NCBI GenBank assembly: GCA_025558095.1
Contig: JAIVFI010000018.1
Coordinates: 186,001-250,000 of the forward strand
Direction of reading: 5' to 3'
Length of the DNA: 64,000 nt
From: Hyaloraphidium curvatum SAG 235-1
Taxonomy: Eukaryota > Fungi > Monoblepharomycota
Numbering within the stretch: position 1 is the stretch's first letter; every line of letters begins with the position of its first letter. Shown in pieces: positions 19,029-31,260 of the stretch. The position numbers and the translations under genes were made by a program. The notes beneath the pieces are model-generated. The model ran no database searches. It had not been told where the DNA came from and worked only from the letters and a program-made list of their open reading frames with translations.

Positions 19029-21172
19029 CTAGACACACGGCGCATTCGACGAGTTGTAAGCCCAGTTCAAATACGGGTAGTTTCCGCTGCACTGCGTCCA
19101 GGTCGAGCAGGAGCTCCACTTGTCGGTCATATTCCACCCGACATTGGTGTAGAGCGTCCGCGACTTCATGTCCGACCTCGTGCTCGAAGTGCCCGACGCG
19201 TAGACCGCGGACGCGCCCGCGTCCGTCGGGTTCCAGAAGGATGCCAAGACGTCGGCGTAGGGGTACGTCGTCACGTCGTCCCGCACCAGCTGGCCGACCA
19301 GGCCGCCGATGTAGCTGCCCGATCCAGAAACGGCGCCGATCGCGTAGCAGTTCTGGATCGTGTTCTTGTTGGTGGCGCTGCTCGACCGGAGGAAGTTTCC
19401 AACGAGGCCGCCGACGGCGCCGGTGCCGGATGTGACGCTCCCCGACGCCCAGGAATCCTTGACGAGCATCCAGTTGTTGTTTTCCGGTTCGGAAATCAGA
19501 CCGACCAGGCCGCCAGTGCCGTTCAGAGTAGCCGATACTGCGCCGGTCGCATAACAGCGCTGGATGGTGACGCTGTTGGCGGTCGTGGGCCACATGGCAC
19601 CAACCAGACCGCCAGTGAAGTAGACGCCCGACACGCTGCCCGTGGCGAAGGATTCGGACACGATGGTGGGCCCCGCGCCCATCGAAACATCCTCGATGCC
19701 TCCGATCAGCCCGCCAGCTTCCCATCCCCCGTTATTGATTATCGTCGCGGATGCGGACGACCGCCAGACTTGCAATGGGGGGTTGGCACCGCCAAGGAGC
19801 CCGCCGGTGACCTGCCCGCAGCGCACGTATCCGGAGCCTTTGCAATTGACAAAGGTCGAGGCATCCGCCCAGCCGGCCACGGCCCCGCAGTACCGGCCCT
19901 CGTTGGTGCTCGTGGCCGACCGCGGCGCGGTGATGTTGACCTCGGCCCTGACGTTGAAGATGCTGGCGTTGGCGACATAGCCAAACAGCCCCCAGTATCT
20001 AGTCGCAATGGCCGCGGAAGCCGCATTGATCATGGTGAGCCCCGTGATGGGAAACTCGGCGCCGTCGTACGATCCGGTGAACTTGGCGGTGTTGGACCCG
20101 ATCGGGATCCATCCGGCCGCTGCGATTGCCGCCGTCTGCTTGAATGCGCAAGAAAGGTAGCCGGCGGTGCGGATGTAGTTCAGGTGTGTCAGGGTCGAGA
20201 CGAGGTACGGGCTGGCAGAGGTGCCCGAGCCCCCAGCGAAGACGAGGCCAGTCCCCGGGCAGGATGTGATTGACTTCATTGTCGGGAGCGCGGCCGGGCT
20301 GCACGTTGCTGCGACAGCAGCCGTGGTGGTCTGTATCCGAGGGCCACGTCAAGAGGCGCACAAAGGGTGTTTGCACGTGAACCCACGAAACGCGTAGTGG
20401 TCGTCTGGCTCGTGGTGACTGTGGTAAACGTAGCACTTGTCGTCGACGAGGCCCGCGTCTGGGTGCCAGTGGTCGAAGCTGTCGTGGTTTGCGCTCGGAC
20501 AGTCGTCGTTTGCGCTGGGACGGTCGTCGTTCGCGCGGCGGCAGTCGTGGAGACCGGTTTCGAATCGGCTGGCGAAGCAGGCGGCAACAAAGCCGCGCCG
20601 TTCCAGAGACACTTGCAGTTGCCCGAAGACCTGGTCAGGGGCGAAGTCAAAGTCAGCTCACGCTTTGCTGAGCTCAGGGCAGGGTCCTACCAATCGGGAG
20701 AGAAGCCGGCCTGCCGCTTCACGAGCATCCGCTGGCTCTGCACCCGGACCTCCATGTAATCGTCGTCCTCGGGGGCAATCTTGATGTCGGGCAACGCCGC
20801 CCATTGGCCGGCGTAGTCCACGCAAAACTCCAGCAGGGAAACTTTCCCCAGAGGTCCAATTGCGTAGTCGCCGTCCACGGCGCGCAGCGTATAGGCTTCG
20901 TCCTCTTTATCCATCGTGGCGGTGCTGGCCACCGCCGACACCATTCTGCCGCCCTCCAGGACGACGCGGCCGGACCAGCGGCCCGCCAGCGCCACGGGAT
21001 TCGCCAGCTCCAGTCGTGCGCACTGCGTCCAACGTGTGGCGGACCCCGCCGAGGGGCGGGGGCCGCCCATCACGACCAGCGACGCGTCCCCGTTCCATTG
21101 TGGGCCCGGTCCCGCGGCGACCGCTCCCGCCCCGGCGAGGAGCACGGCCGCGATGAGAGCGAGCGGTGCCAT
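19029..21172 (-). CDS. Secreted protein with an N-terminal beta domain, Thr-rich linker and GLUG-repeat beta-helical domain; multi-exon
   Basis: Signal peptide MAPLALIAAVLLAGAGAVAA; GSGTSASPYLVST, WIPIG...FTGSYDG, repeated [A/T/V/I]GGL[V/I/L]G units with CYATGAVS-type spacers. Confidence 0.8.
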
Positions 21173-21725
21173 GTGGCGGCGGTGGGAAGTGTGTGGTTGT
21201 AAAAGATGCGTCCTTCCCAGCTGTTGAATAAAGGACCCGCTGCCGATGCCCAAGGACACCTCAAACCGTCGCATGCCGGGTGCGCAAAAGTGCAGCAGCT
21301 AGAAAGCCCATCTCGCAATTGCGATCGCCGATCCATCGACTCGCATTCTGCTTGCTACTGATTGGAACTGAACGCGGGCCCGGGTATCCCACTTCCCCCG
21401 ATTTTCCAGAATCCCTAGGCGTCCCTACGCCGGGCGGTTCGCAAGATCCGGTTCTCGCATCGCCACAACTGTATCTGTCCAGACGCTTTTGTCGTATGTA
21501 TCAAGCAACACTGCAGTTGCCCCCTATACTCTGCAACGGCAGATGCTGCCGGGATTCCCTCCCGACGTCGTCGACCTATCCGAATGTACGTTGAGCAGGA
21601 TGCAGATGTGTTGCCGTCTTCCCGGCCAGAAGATTGGAATTGACTGTTCATCGACGAAATTTCACAATGTCGATACATACGAATAGAACGCCTTGTCCTG
21701 CGGTCCCCTCGCCGACGCCTCGCCC

Positions 21726-23233
21726 TCACCCGGGCCTCGTGATGACGCCCGGCACGGATCCGAGCGAGTTAAAGACGCCCACCGCCGTCGAGCAGTTGGA
21801 GTAGCCCTCGTTGCCCATTCCTGGCCCTTTGACTGCAGGAAAAGAAGTGTGAGCCGTCTCTTCCGCAGCTGTACACTAACCCGCCACACACCGAGGGGAT
21901 AGTCCGCCATCGTCCTCCTCGACACACCCCCGGTCTTGCGGAAGTAGTAGCACATCATCGCGTAGTAGGTGGGCGGGAAGTGCTGCCACTCGAGCTGGCT
22001 TCCCCACGCCGAGTCCGAGGGGTACGTAGCGTTGGAGTTCGGCGCGTAACGCCCGCGCATCCAGCTGTGCGGCATCGGGTGGGTGTACCCGATCCCCGAG
22101 ACGAGGTCGGCCGCGAGGAGGGTGACGGGGACAAGCGCGGCAGGGGTCGCCGGGCCGCCGTACAGAAACCAGAGGCCCAGCGTCGGGAGCACAAACTGGT
22201 ACCCGTGGGGAACGATGTCGAGCGTGTTCATGTAGAGGCGCGAGCGGTTCCCCATGGTCGCGGTGAAGAGGTCGGCAAAGGCTTTGTTGCCCGCAGTGGC
22301 GGGAGCGATGGGGAAGGCGCCGACCCGGGCCGCTGGGACGCGGGCTTGGAGGTACATGGCAACGGTGGTGGTCTGCGTGCCGCCCAGGGAGTGGCCGGTG
22401 ACGGTGACGGGGACGCCGGTGCCCCAGCGCGCAAGGAAGGCGTTGAGGAATGCAAGGGCATTCACGCGGCCGCCACCTAAGGTCGGCGAGCGCGCGGTGA
22501 TGGTCATGAGGGTCTTGAGGCCGATGCAGCTGCCCCATGCGACGACGGGTGAGGTCGAGGGCTGGCTCTGGTTGGGCCTCGTTCCGTTCCCCCCGCCAAT
22601 CGGGAGCGGGCACCGGATGCCCAAAGGCGCGCGGGAGGCAATGTTGCTGGCCCAATTGACGGTGGTAAACGGCTGGAAGTCTTCGAGGAGTTGCAGAAGA
22701 AGCGCGGTACCTGTGGGGCCAGAAGTCGGAGAAACGGTCGGCTGTCAAATTCGTGTCGGCACTCCGGCCGGAGGCTCGCCCCCACCGTTCGACTTGCTGT
22801 CGGTGCCTCTGACCCCAAAGGCGAGAAACACAGGCGGGAACGCCGAAGAGTTGGCCGAGAAGGCCGCGGACGTGTTTGCAAGCCGGTAGCTCGCCGCGTA
22901 GATGAAGTTGGCGTTCCCGGGCGAGATGGCCGGTCCCCACTCGACGACCCACTTGCCCGGCACCTTCGCCGTGGCACCGACGTAGGGACACGGGAGCGGC
23001 GGGAGCAGCGTCGAGACCGTGGTGTTGAGGTCCGCCGAAGCGTTGCCGATGACGGACGTGCTCTCGTCCGTGTACGCGATGCCTGCGATGTTGAGGATGG
23101 GGAGCGACCATACCTCGGTCTGAGCCGCGGCACGCAGGCGGGCCAAATTGGCGCAGGCGGGCAGCGCCGAGGTCGGAGGGGCGAGTGCAAACACGGCCGC
23201 CGCGGCGAGCAAACACACGCGGAAGGCGGCCAT
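21726..23233 (-). CDS. Secreted lipase class 3, multi-exon
   Basis: Signal peptide MAAFRVCLLAAAAVFALA; FGVRGT, VTGHSLGG, ATAGNKAFA, NTLDIVP, WQH. The last exon is inferred. Confidence 0.85.
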
Positions 23234-23785
23234 CGCCGGATCCCGGTGCCCAAGCAGTGGCAGACTAAGCAAGTCCGCACGAGGGCTGCTCCTGGGCGGC
23301 GCTGAGCCGGAAAAAATGGCCGGACGGGCACGCCGACGAGGCGGTGTTTGCGGGCGGGATCGGGGCGGGTCTGCCCAGCCACATCGCACCCTCGGCGCCG
23401 CTGGCGGTCATCGTACGAGACGCCATTTGTTCCCAGCCGGTGGCGGAATCCGCTCCTTCTGGAGCGGGCCGAGGCTACGGGCGCCGCGTTACGGTCGACA
23501 AGGGGATCCGCCGGTTGGCCGCGGGGGCACCGCATGGTATGCTGCACGTCGATTAGTCCCTGCTTTTGCCCCCCAAGCCGGTAGCCCGTAAGCTGCTGGA
23601 TATGTCGTGCACCATGTCGGTCTGCAAAGGACTGATGGGTCGCCACGGAGCCCTCGCGCCGTCACCACCGCCAACAGCTCGTGGCCCTCTCGTGCAGCAG
23701 TCAGTAAAAGGTTCCAGAGCACGACTGTATCATTGGCCCAAAGGAAACAGCTCCGCGGATTGACCGATCGCTGCTGCCCGGAGCG

Positions 23786-24640
23786 CTACAGCTCGATCCG
23801 CTCGCCCTCCTCGGGCACCTCCACCTCGACGCAGTCGGCAATCACCACGTCCGCCTTGGGCTTGTCCCCCGGGTGCGTCGGCGTGTTCTCCACCTTGGTC
23901 ACGACGTCCATGCCCTCGGTCACCTTGCCAAAGACCACGTGCCTGGTTGGCCGGGTATCAGAACGCGAAGAGAGACGCGGGAACGGGGAGGGAACCGACC
24001 TGCCGTCGAGCCAGCTGGTGGTCACGGTGGTGATGAAGAACTGCGAGCCGTTGGTGTCCTTCCCCGCGTTGGCCATGGACAGGATGCCGGGGCCGGTGTG
24101 GCTGCCGACGGGGGCACGCGTCAGGGGCCCGGTTAGATGGCGGAAAGTGGTCGGACCCACCGCAGCTTGAAGTTCTCGTCGGGGAACTTGTCGCCGTAGA
24201 TGGACTTGCCGCCGGTGCCGTCGCCGCGAGTAAAGTCGCCCCCCTGGATCATCTGCGCCGCGGGTCAGCACCCTGTTTGCCATTCCGCGGCGTGCGGCCC
24301 CACAAAGTTCTTGATGACGCTGCGGAACGCGACTAGGTAAGCCAACGGAGGGGGAAACGCGCCGGCCGGCCCACCGGTGGAACTTGGAGCCCTTGTACCC
24401 GAAGCCCTTCTCCCCTGTGCAGAGCGCGCGGAAGTTCTCGACCGTCTTGGGCACGGTCTTGCCGAACAGGCCGATGGTGACGGTCCCCAGCTCCTCGCCG
24501 CCCTGCGACAGCGTGAAGCGGACCTTGTTCGTGACCAGCGGGCCCTTTGCTGCCCGGGCGGGCGCGGCCAGGAGCAGCAGGGCGGCGGCGACGAGCAGCG
24601 CGGCCGCGAGCGCGGAGCCACGCGTCCGGCGGGCTGCCAT
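23786..24640 (-). CDS. ER cyclophilin (cyclophilin B-type PPIase), multi-exon
   Basis: Signal peptide; [59 protein letters not shown]; C-terminal RIEL is ER-retention-like. Confidence 0.95.
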   Translation of the reverse strand: MAARRTRGSALAAALLVAAALLLLAAPARAAKGPLVTNKVRFTLSQGGEELGTVTIGLFGKTVPKTVENFRALCTGEKGFGYKGSKFHRWAGRRVSPSVGLPSRVPQRHQELCGAARRGMANRVLTRGADDPGGRLYSRRRHRRQVHLRRQVPRRELQAAVGPTTFRHLTGPLTRAPVGSHTGPGILSMANAGKDTNGSQFFITTVTTSWLDGRSVPSPFPRLSSRSDTRPTRHVVFGKVTEGMDVVTKVENTPTHPGDKPKADVVIADCVEVEVPEEGERIEL

Positions 24641-24875
24641 GGCGGTCGGCAGGGAGGAATGGCAGTTCGAAAGTTGGTTTGGAGCCGACGTGGCCGCTGC
24701 GCCTTAGCGACTTTCGCTAGCGAGTCACCTCGAAGGGACTTCGGCGAGTGGGCGCAGCAGAGTTTCCCGCGGAGGTGACCGACCGACCGCCGCCCGCGCA
24801 CGCCGCCGCGCGGGCCTCCGATTCCGGCAGTTGGCCGATCCGGCGGGTTTCTTCTGGCGGCCGGGCGGCGCCGCG

Positions 24876-26982
24876 ATGGGCGGCCCTCGTCTGCCCGCGG
24901 GCGGTCCGCGTGGCCGATCCCCCGCGAAGCCTGCCGCTCGTCGGATCGCCCGAGCACGGTCCCGCTGGGCGGCCGCCGCCGCAGCACTCGCTGCTGCCGC
25001 CGTTCTGCTCGCGGAACCAGCGGCGCCGCAGCTGGTCGTCTCTCCCAAACAGTATTGGAACGTTCGGGCGAGGAACCTGCTCTACACGCGGGACGTGGCC
25101 CCATGGTGCGCAGCCCGCCGCCTGTGCGCCCGTCGATCTTTCTAAATTTGCTCGCATTTGCCGTTGCATTGCGCCCGGCAGCTCAAACTACCCCGTCAGC
25201 CAAGATAGGCGCTGCGGCCCGGATAATGGCTTCACGCAGTGCCCGACCGGCCAGTGCTGCTCGAGGTGCGCATCGCCCGCAGTTGCCGCACCGCACTTAA
25301 CATGCTAATTCCGTTGTCCGTTTGCGCGTTCCAGGTGGGGCTGGTGCAGCGGCCCCGACGCACCCAACCCGACCGAGGACTACTGCGCCCAGGAGCGCGG
25401 CTGCCTGCTCGGCTTCGGCACTTGCTGGGGTACGGGCACGCCCTACTGCATCCAGGACCTCGGCAGCATGTCCCCGCCGTGCCCCAACTACCCCATCGCG
25501 CCGCTGGACCGCTGCGGCGCGGACTTTGGCTACGTCCGCTGCCCCGACGGGCAGTGCTGCTCCAAATGGAACTTTTGCTCGGGCCCCGGCGCCCCGGACT
25601 CGCTGTGGCAGTACTGCGACGTGAACCAGGGGTGCCAGCTCGGCTTCGGGTCGTGCTGGGGCAACCAGGGCCTCTACTGCCGGGCCAACATCGACCAGCC
25701 CGACGCCCGCCCGACGTGGTCCTTCCTCCCCCCCACTGGCACCACCCAGACCACGAGCCCCACCGGCACCGGCACCGGCACTGGTACCACCAAGACGAAC
25801 ACCGCGACGGGCTCCGGCACGCAGGAGCGCCCGCGGACCACCACCACCCGCCGCACGACCACTAACAACCTAACGCCGACCTTCAGCCCCGACGAACGGC
25901 CGACGACGACCACCCGCCGCGTCACCACCGGCCTCCTCCCCCGCACCACCACCACCCCCACGCTGACCCTCACCCCCAACGAGGAAACCACCACGCAGCC
26001 GCGCACGACGGCCAAGGGCACTCCCACCCTGCAGGTCACCTCGACCGTCACGGTGCAGCGGCCGACGACCACGGCCTCGCAGACCGTCGTCACGGCCACG
26101 TTCACCGCGGACCCGTTCTTCCCGCTCACCACCAACGGCACGTGCGGGCAGGCGTGGGACGTCAGGTGCCCGGACAACATATGCTGCTCGCAGCGCGGGG
26201 CGTGCCAGGACGACGGCGGGACGGACGGCGAGGTGCGTTGCTGCCGGTGCGCTCCCTTCGAGCGGTAGGGTTGACCCGTTCGTCAATCTTAGGCCTGGTG
26301 CGGGGAGGGGTGCCAGATCGGCTACGGCAAGTGCTGGGCGGCCGTGGTGCAGCGCGGGCAGCGCTGCGGCGCGGCTGCCAACGGGGCGTCGTGCCCGCCC
26401 AACATCTGCTGCTCCGCGACCGGGTTCTGCCAGGACGACGGGGGTGCAGCTGGGGAGGTGGGTCGAAACGTACCGGCGTGCTCGGTGCGAGCTGACTGCG
26501 TTTCCGTTCCGCGCTTCCAGGAATGGTGCGGTTGCGGTTGCCAGCAGCAGTACGGCACGTGCTTCGGCCGCACTCCCGAGGAATGCGGCAGCACTGTCGT
26601 CGCGCGGACGACGACGCAGGCGGGCAACGCCACCACGGCGGGCGGGACCACGGCCGCGGGGACGACGGCCGGGCAGCCGACCGAGACGCTGACGCCTGAA
26701 CCGGCGACGACGGCGCGGACGACCACCGCGCCGGCGGCGACGACGGCGGGGGAGCCGACCGAGACGCTGACGCCCGAGCCGACGACGGCGGGGGGGACGA
26801 CGGCCGGGGGCACCACCGCGGGAACCGCGGGGGGCACGACCGCCGGGGGTACGACCGCGGGAACCGCGGGGGGCACCACGGCGTCTCTGAACCCGGACGA
26901 GAACATCACGCCGACGACCGGCGGGGCGACGACGGCGCCGGGGACGACGGCGGCCGAGACCGAGACGCTGGCGCCCGCCTAG
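24876..26982 (+). CDS. Secreted chitin-binding protein with four CBM18 (hevein) modules and Thr-rich linkers; multi-exon
   Basis: CG...CPxGQCCSxWxxC...C...GCxxGFGxC twice, CPxNICCS...WCGxGCQxxYGxC twice, and a TTAGG repeat tail; no catalytic domain seen. Confidence 0.88.
26620..26960 (+). repeat. Coding tandem repeats (TTAGG / PTETLTPEP) in the mucin-like tail
   Basis: Repeated acgacggcggggggc-like units and two copies of ccgaccgagacgctgacgcc. Confidence 0.8.
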
Positions 26983-27207
26983 GCCGAGGGAGCCCGTAGT
27001 GACTGTGTCGGCGATGCGTAGATGATGGGTAGAGTGTTATGGCTATTTACAGTATTATTCTCTGGAACATCGCCGTGGTGCGCCTTTCCATGTGCGCGCC
27101 TCCAGAGGGAACTAGTAGATGAGTCGTGGAAGCAGCCCGACGATAGCGACTGTCCACGTCCGTGCTCTTCCTCCGTTCCTCCCTCCCATCCTCCGTGCGC
27201 CTCTCCC

Positions 27208-27852
27208 TCATCGGTACAGATCCGGCTTGGCCACAGAGATCCCCCTGTCCGCCAGCGCCGCGGTCACCTCCTCCATCGTCAGCACCAGCTTCTTTTCCTG
27301 CCCGAACCATCAGACCGGGAACCAAAGCACCGTGCGATGTGGTCTACCTTTGCCCCACCGCGCCTGTCCCTGTTGGCGCTGGCCTGGCGCATGCGGCAGT
27401 GCTGGAGCGCGTCGGTGGCGATGTCGGCGATGAACTTTTGCGCGGCGAGGGCGAGGAGGCGCTTTCTGTGGGAATGACCACACAATGCCTTTGTCAGATC
27501 GATAGAAGAGCTGACGGCGATCGCTGTCCCCACATCCGCACGTCGTCGCAGTTGAAGCCCGCCCTCGCGAGGTAGTAGTCCGTCACGGCGTCCGGGATCT
27601 GCCCCGAATCAGCTTCCTCCCGCACCACCAACGCGCACGCGCACCCACGATGGGCGCGTACTTGTCCATCTCCGCCAGGAACTCGCCGAGGGACCGCTCG
27701 CGCCGCAGGAACTCCGCGTCGGTGCGCGTGCGCTTTGGCGGCGGGCCGCCGTCGGGCGCGGCGCGCGGCTCGGCCTCGGCGTCCTCGTCGGGCGCGTCGA
27801 TGGCGTCCTCCTCCGAGTCGGTGAGCTGCGGGTCCTCGGCGGGCTCGGCCAT
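27208..27852 (-). CDS. TAF10: Transcription initiation factor TFIID subunit 10, multi-exon
   Basis: LGEFLAEMDKYAPI|IPDAVTDYYLARAGF, KRLLALAAQKFIADIATDALQHCRMR, last exon KLVLTMEEVTAALADRGISVAKPDLYR*. Confidence 0.95.
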
Positions 27853-28029
27853 CGCGGTGCGAGGGGGAGAGACGAGTCAAGGAGGCCAAATACGATTTCG
27901 GCCTTAGACTTGCTCGCGGGAAGCGACTCGCTAACCACTCCAACCACGACAGTCCCATTTTCGCGCGGCCTCCACACCCGGAGCGGGCAGCGCGGCGTCC
28001 AGCGCGGCAGACCAGCGTTGACTGCCGCC

Positions 28030-30033
28030 ATGTCGCTCGCCAGGTGGGTTGGAACCGGGCCCCAGGCCCGCGCTGCCTGACTCCCGGCCCCGCGCAGTCT
28101 CCTCCCGAAACCGAAAGCGCAGCCGATCGCCGAGGCGCTGCCGGCGCCCGCGGCCGCCGATGCCGGGCTGCGGCAGCTCGTCGGCCGCCGTGGCGGGCCG
28201 CCGCCGTACCGCCAGCGCCAGAACTGGCAGCCGCGCACCGTGGCGGACTACGGCGACGGCGGCGCGTTCCCCGAGGTGCATGTTTTGCAGTATCCGTACG
28301 ACATGGGCAGGAAGAAGCAGCAGGTGGGACACCTTGCCCGCCCTCGCCTTGGATTTTGCTGACCCTTTGGGTGGAAGAAACCGTCGGTCGCCGGCAAGGG
28401 CGGCGTGCTGCCGCTGCAGGTCGACGAGGAGGGCAACCTGCGCTACGACGCCATCCTGAAGCAGGGCCACGACGACAAGCGCGTCGTGCACTCGACCGCA
28501 AAGGACCTGATGGGCCGCGACGTGCGCGAGTCGGACGACTGGGCGCGCCCGGACGAGGAGGTCGTCAAGGAGACCACGGACCGCACGCGCGAGGCGCTGG
28601 AGAAGATCACGCAGTCGCGGATCACGGCGAACCAGCCCAAGGGGGTCATGGAAAAGTCCGAGGACGGCGGCCCGCAGATCATCAAGTACGTGCCCTCCAA
28701 GCAAGGGCCGCAGTACAACTCGGGCGCCTCGCACCGCATCATCCGCCTGGCCGAGGCGCCCGTGGACCCGATGGAGCCGCCCAAGTTCAAGCACAAGAAG
28801 CTGCCTCGCCCGCCGCCGTCGCCGCCGGCCCCCGTGATGCACTCTCCGCCGCGCAAGGTGTCGGCCGAGGAGCAGAAGGAGTGGTTCATCCCGCCGTCCA
28901 TCTCCAACTGGAAAAACAGGCATGGCTACACGATCCCGCTCGACAAGCGCCTGGCGTCGGACGGTCGCGGCTTGCAGGAAGTGACCATCAACGACAACTT
29001 TGCCAAGCTGTCCGAGGCGCTCTTCATCGCGGACCGCCACGCGCGAGAGGAGGTGCGGCTGCGTGCCGAGATGGCCGCCAAGCTCGCAGCCAAGGAGAAG
29101 AAGGACAAAGAGGAGCGGCTGCGGATGCTGGCTCAGAAGGCCAGGGAAGAGCGGGCCGGCCTCGGTCCCTCGGTCGGCGGCAGCGCCGGGGCGCCCCCGC
29201 CGGGCGCCGTGACGGGTGCCAACGCCATGCCCGTTTCCGGGCGGCCGCGCGCCGCGGACCTTAACGACAGCGGCTCCGATTCCGACGGCGACCGCGGGCG
29301 CCGCCGGCGCTCCCCCTCGGGCTCCACCCCCCCGCGGCGGCGCCGCTCCCCCTCGGACTCGCGCTCCCGCTCCCGCTCGGGATCGCGCACCCCCCCGCGC
29401 CGCCGCGCCGGCTCGGACGACGAGGAGCTGGACGCCGACGCGCGCCGCAAGATGCGGGAGCGGGACGAGCTCCGCCGCGAGCGGCAGAAGCAGCGCGAGC
29501 GCGAGCTCCGGCTGTCGCACATGGGCCAGGAGACCAAGCAGAAGTACCTCTCCAAGAACTCGGAGCGCGACATCTCGGAGAAGATCGCGCTCGGCATTGC
29601 GCAGCCCACGCGGAACCAGGAGACCATGTTCGACGCCCGGCTCTTCAACCGGAGCGAGGGCATCGGCTCGGGCCTGGCGGGCGACGACGACGGGTACAAC
29701 CTGTACGACAAGCCACTGTTCGCGGGCTCCTCGGCCAGCGTCATCTACAAGCCGCCCAAGGCCACCTCGGACCGCGAGACCTACGGCGGCGTGGACATGG
29801 ACGGAGTGGAAAAGATGGTACGGAGCGGGGCGCCGGCGAGGGGCTTCCAAGGGACCGAGGGGTCCGCGAACGCGGACAGGATCGACGGGCCGGTGCAGTT
29901 CGAGAGGGAGGCGGCGGATCCGTTCGGGCTGGACCAGTTCCTGGGGGCCGCGAAGCGGGGGAGGGAGGCGGGCGAGGGGGACGGGGACGACGGGAGGAAG
30001 CTGGGGTTGGATGCCAAGCGGCGGAAGGAGTAG
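28030..30033 (+). CDS. PRP45: Pre-mRNA splicing factor SNW1/SKIP/Prp45
   Basis: DYGDGGAFPEVHVLQYP, DPMEPPKFKHKK, PVMHSPPRK, IPPSISNWKN...YTIPLDKRLA, RDISEKIALG. Confidence 0.96.
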
Positions 30034-30143
30034 CGGTGTACTCTTGGTGGAAACGAACGATTTCTCTGATACAGACACATTCGAATTGGTCAAATCACGT
30101 CGAAGACTCCATGCGCGAGTGTCGGCAAAGCCGGGCGTCCCGT

Positions 30144-30996
30144 TCACTTGAACGTCTCGTAGCGATGCGTGAGGACCTTGGTTATCTCCTCGCACAGCAC
30201 CTTCCATTTCTCGGGCACGAGGTTGCGGTCGGGGTGGTAGTGCGTGATCGCCACCATGAGCGCCTTCTTGATCGGCACCTCCCCCTCTCCGGTCCCGACC
30301 TTGGGCATCGTGCAGCCGTCGCGAGCGGGCGGATGCTTTCCGTAGACGTGCTCGATCAGGCTCTGCGCGCTCTTTTCCGAGGCCGCCGCCGCTTTCAGCT
30401 CGTCCAGCTCAATCGTAAGTTCCGCGAGGAAGGGCGCGCGCTTCTCGTCGTGCTCCGCCTGCTCGGCACGCTGCTTGCTGTCACGGAAGGCCTGCACCGC
30501 CGCCGTGGTTTCCTGGTACCATGCCTCGCGGGCGAAGCTGCGGGGCATCATGCTCTTGGCGAGGTCGAGTGCGAGGCGGTAGTACTTCTCGGCGGCAGCG
30601 TCGCTCTTGAAGACGTTGCGGTAGATGTAGCCTATCTTGCTGCATGCGATCGCTTCGCTCTCGGTGTCCCTGTCGCGGGCGAGGAGCACAGAGTATGTGT
30701 ACGTGTCGAGGGCGGTCCACACGAGCTCGATGTCCGGCGACTCGGCCTCGACAAAGATCTCGCGCATCAGACGATCGGCGGCCGATCTCTCCTTGGCGGA
30801 GCGGCAGACGCATTCTGAAGTGTAGATGTCGCGGCGGAGGTTTTCGAGCTCCTCCGGAAGGCTGAACGCGTCGTCGTTGTAGAGATCGCCGGTCTGCTCC
30901 GAGAGGCTGACGTCGCTTTCCTTTCTCCAGGGCGGCGTTGCCTTCGAGCCGCTTCTTGGCCGAGGCGGAAGGCTTGGGCATCGAGCGCGGCGGCAT
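30144..30996 (-). pseudogene. TPR-like + C-terminal J-domain-like (HPD) protein; 5' frameshift, so degenerate or N-truncated
   Basis: EAIACSKIGYIY...AEKYYRLALDLA (TPR-like) and KKALMVAITHYHPDRN...WKVLCEEITKVL. The ATG-led start (RLEGNAALEK) is out of frame with the body and no plausible intron repairs it. Confidence 0.6.
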
Positions 30997-31260
30997 TGCG
31001 GCAGAGGCGGTTGCGGAGGTCGAGAGGAAACGAGGCGTTTGTCGGCCGAGTTCGCTCCAAGTTCGCTTCGGCGCGGGACCCTCTCGAATCTCTCAACCCA
31101 AAGCCGAACGACTCCCGAGGAATCGCGTCGACGCCGTCGCAGGTCACCTAATTTCAGCAGCGCAAAGCGAGGTACGTCCTCGCACCGGGGGTCGCCCGCT
31201 CGTGCGGCGCTGCGGCAGCCCTTGATTGAACCCCGCGATGCCCTCCCGCTCTCCCAGACG

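Noticed and set aside
27931-30207. 758-aa minus-strand ORF and many similar long ORFs in the track
   Set aside because: Antisense shadows of real genes (here SNW1), caused by high GC3 and few stop codons; Arg/Gly/Ala-rich with no motifs.
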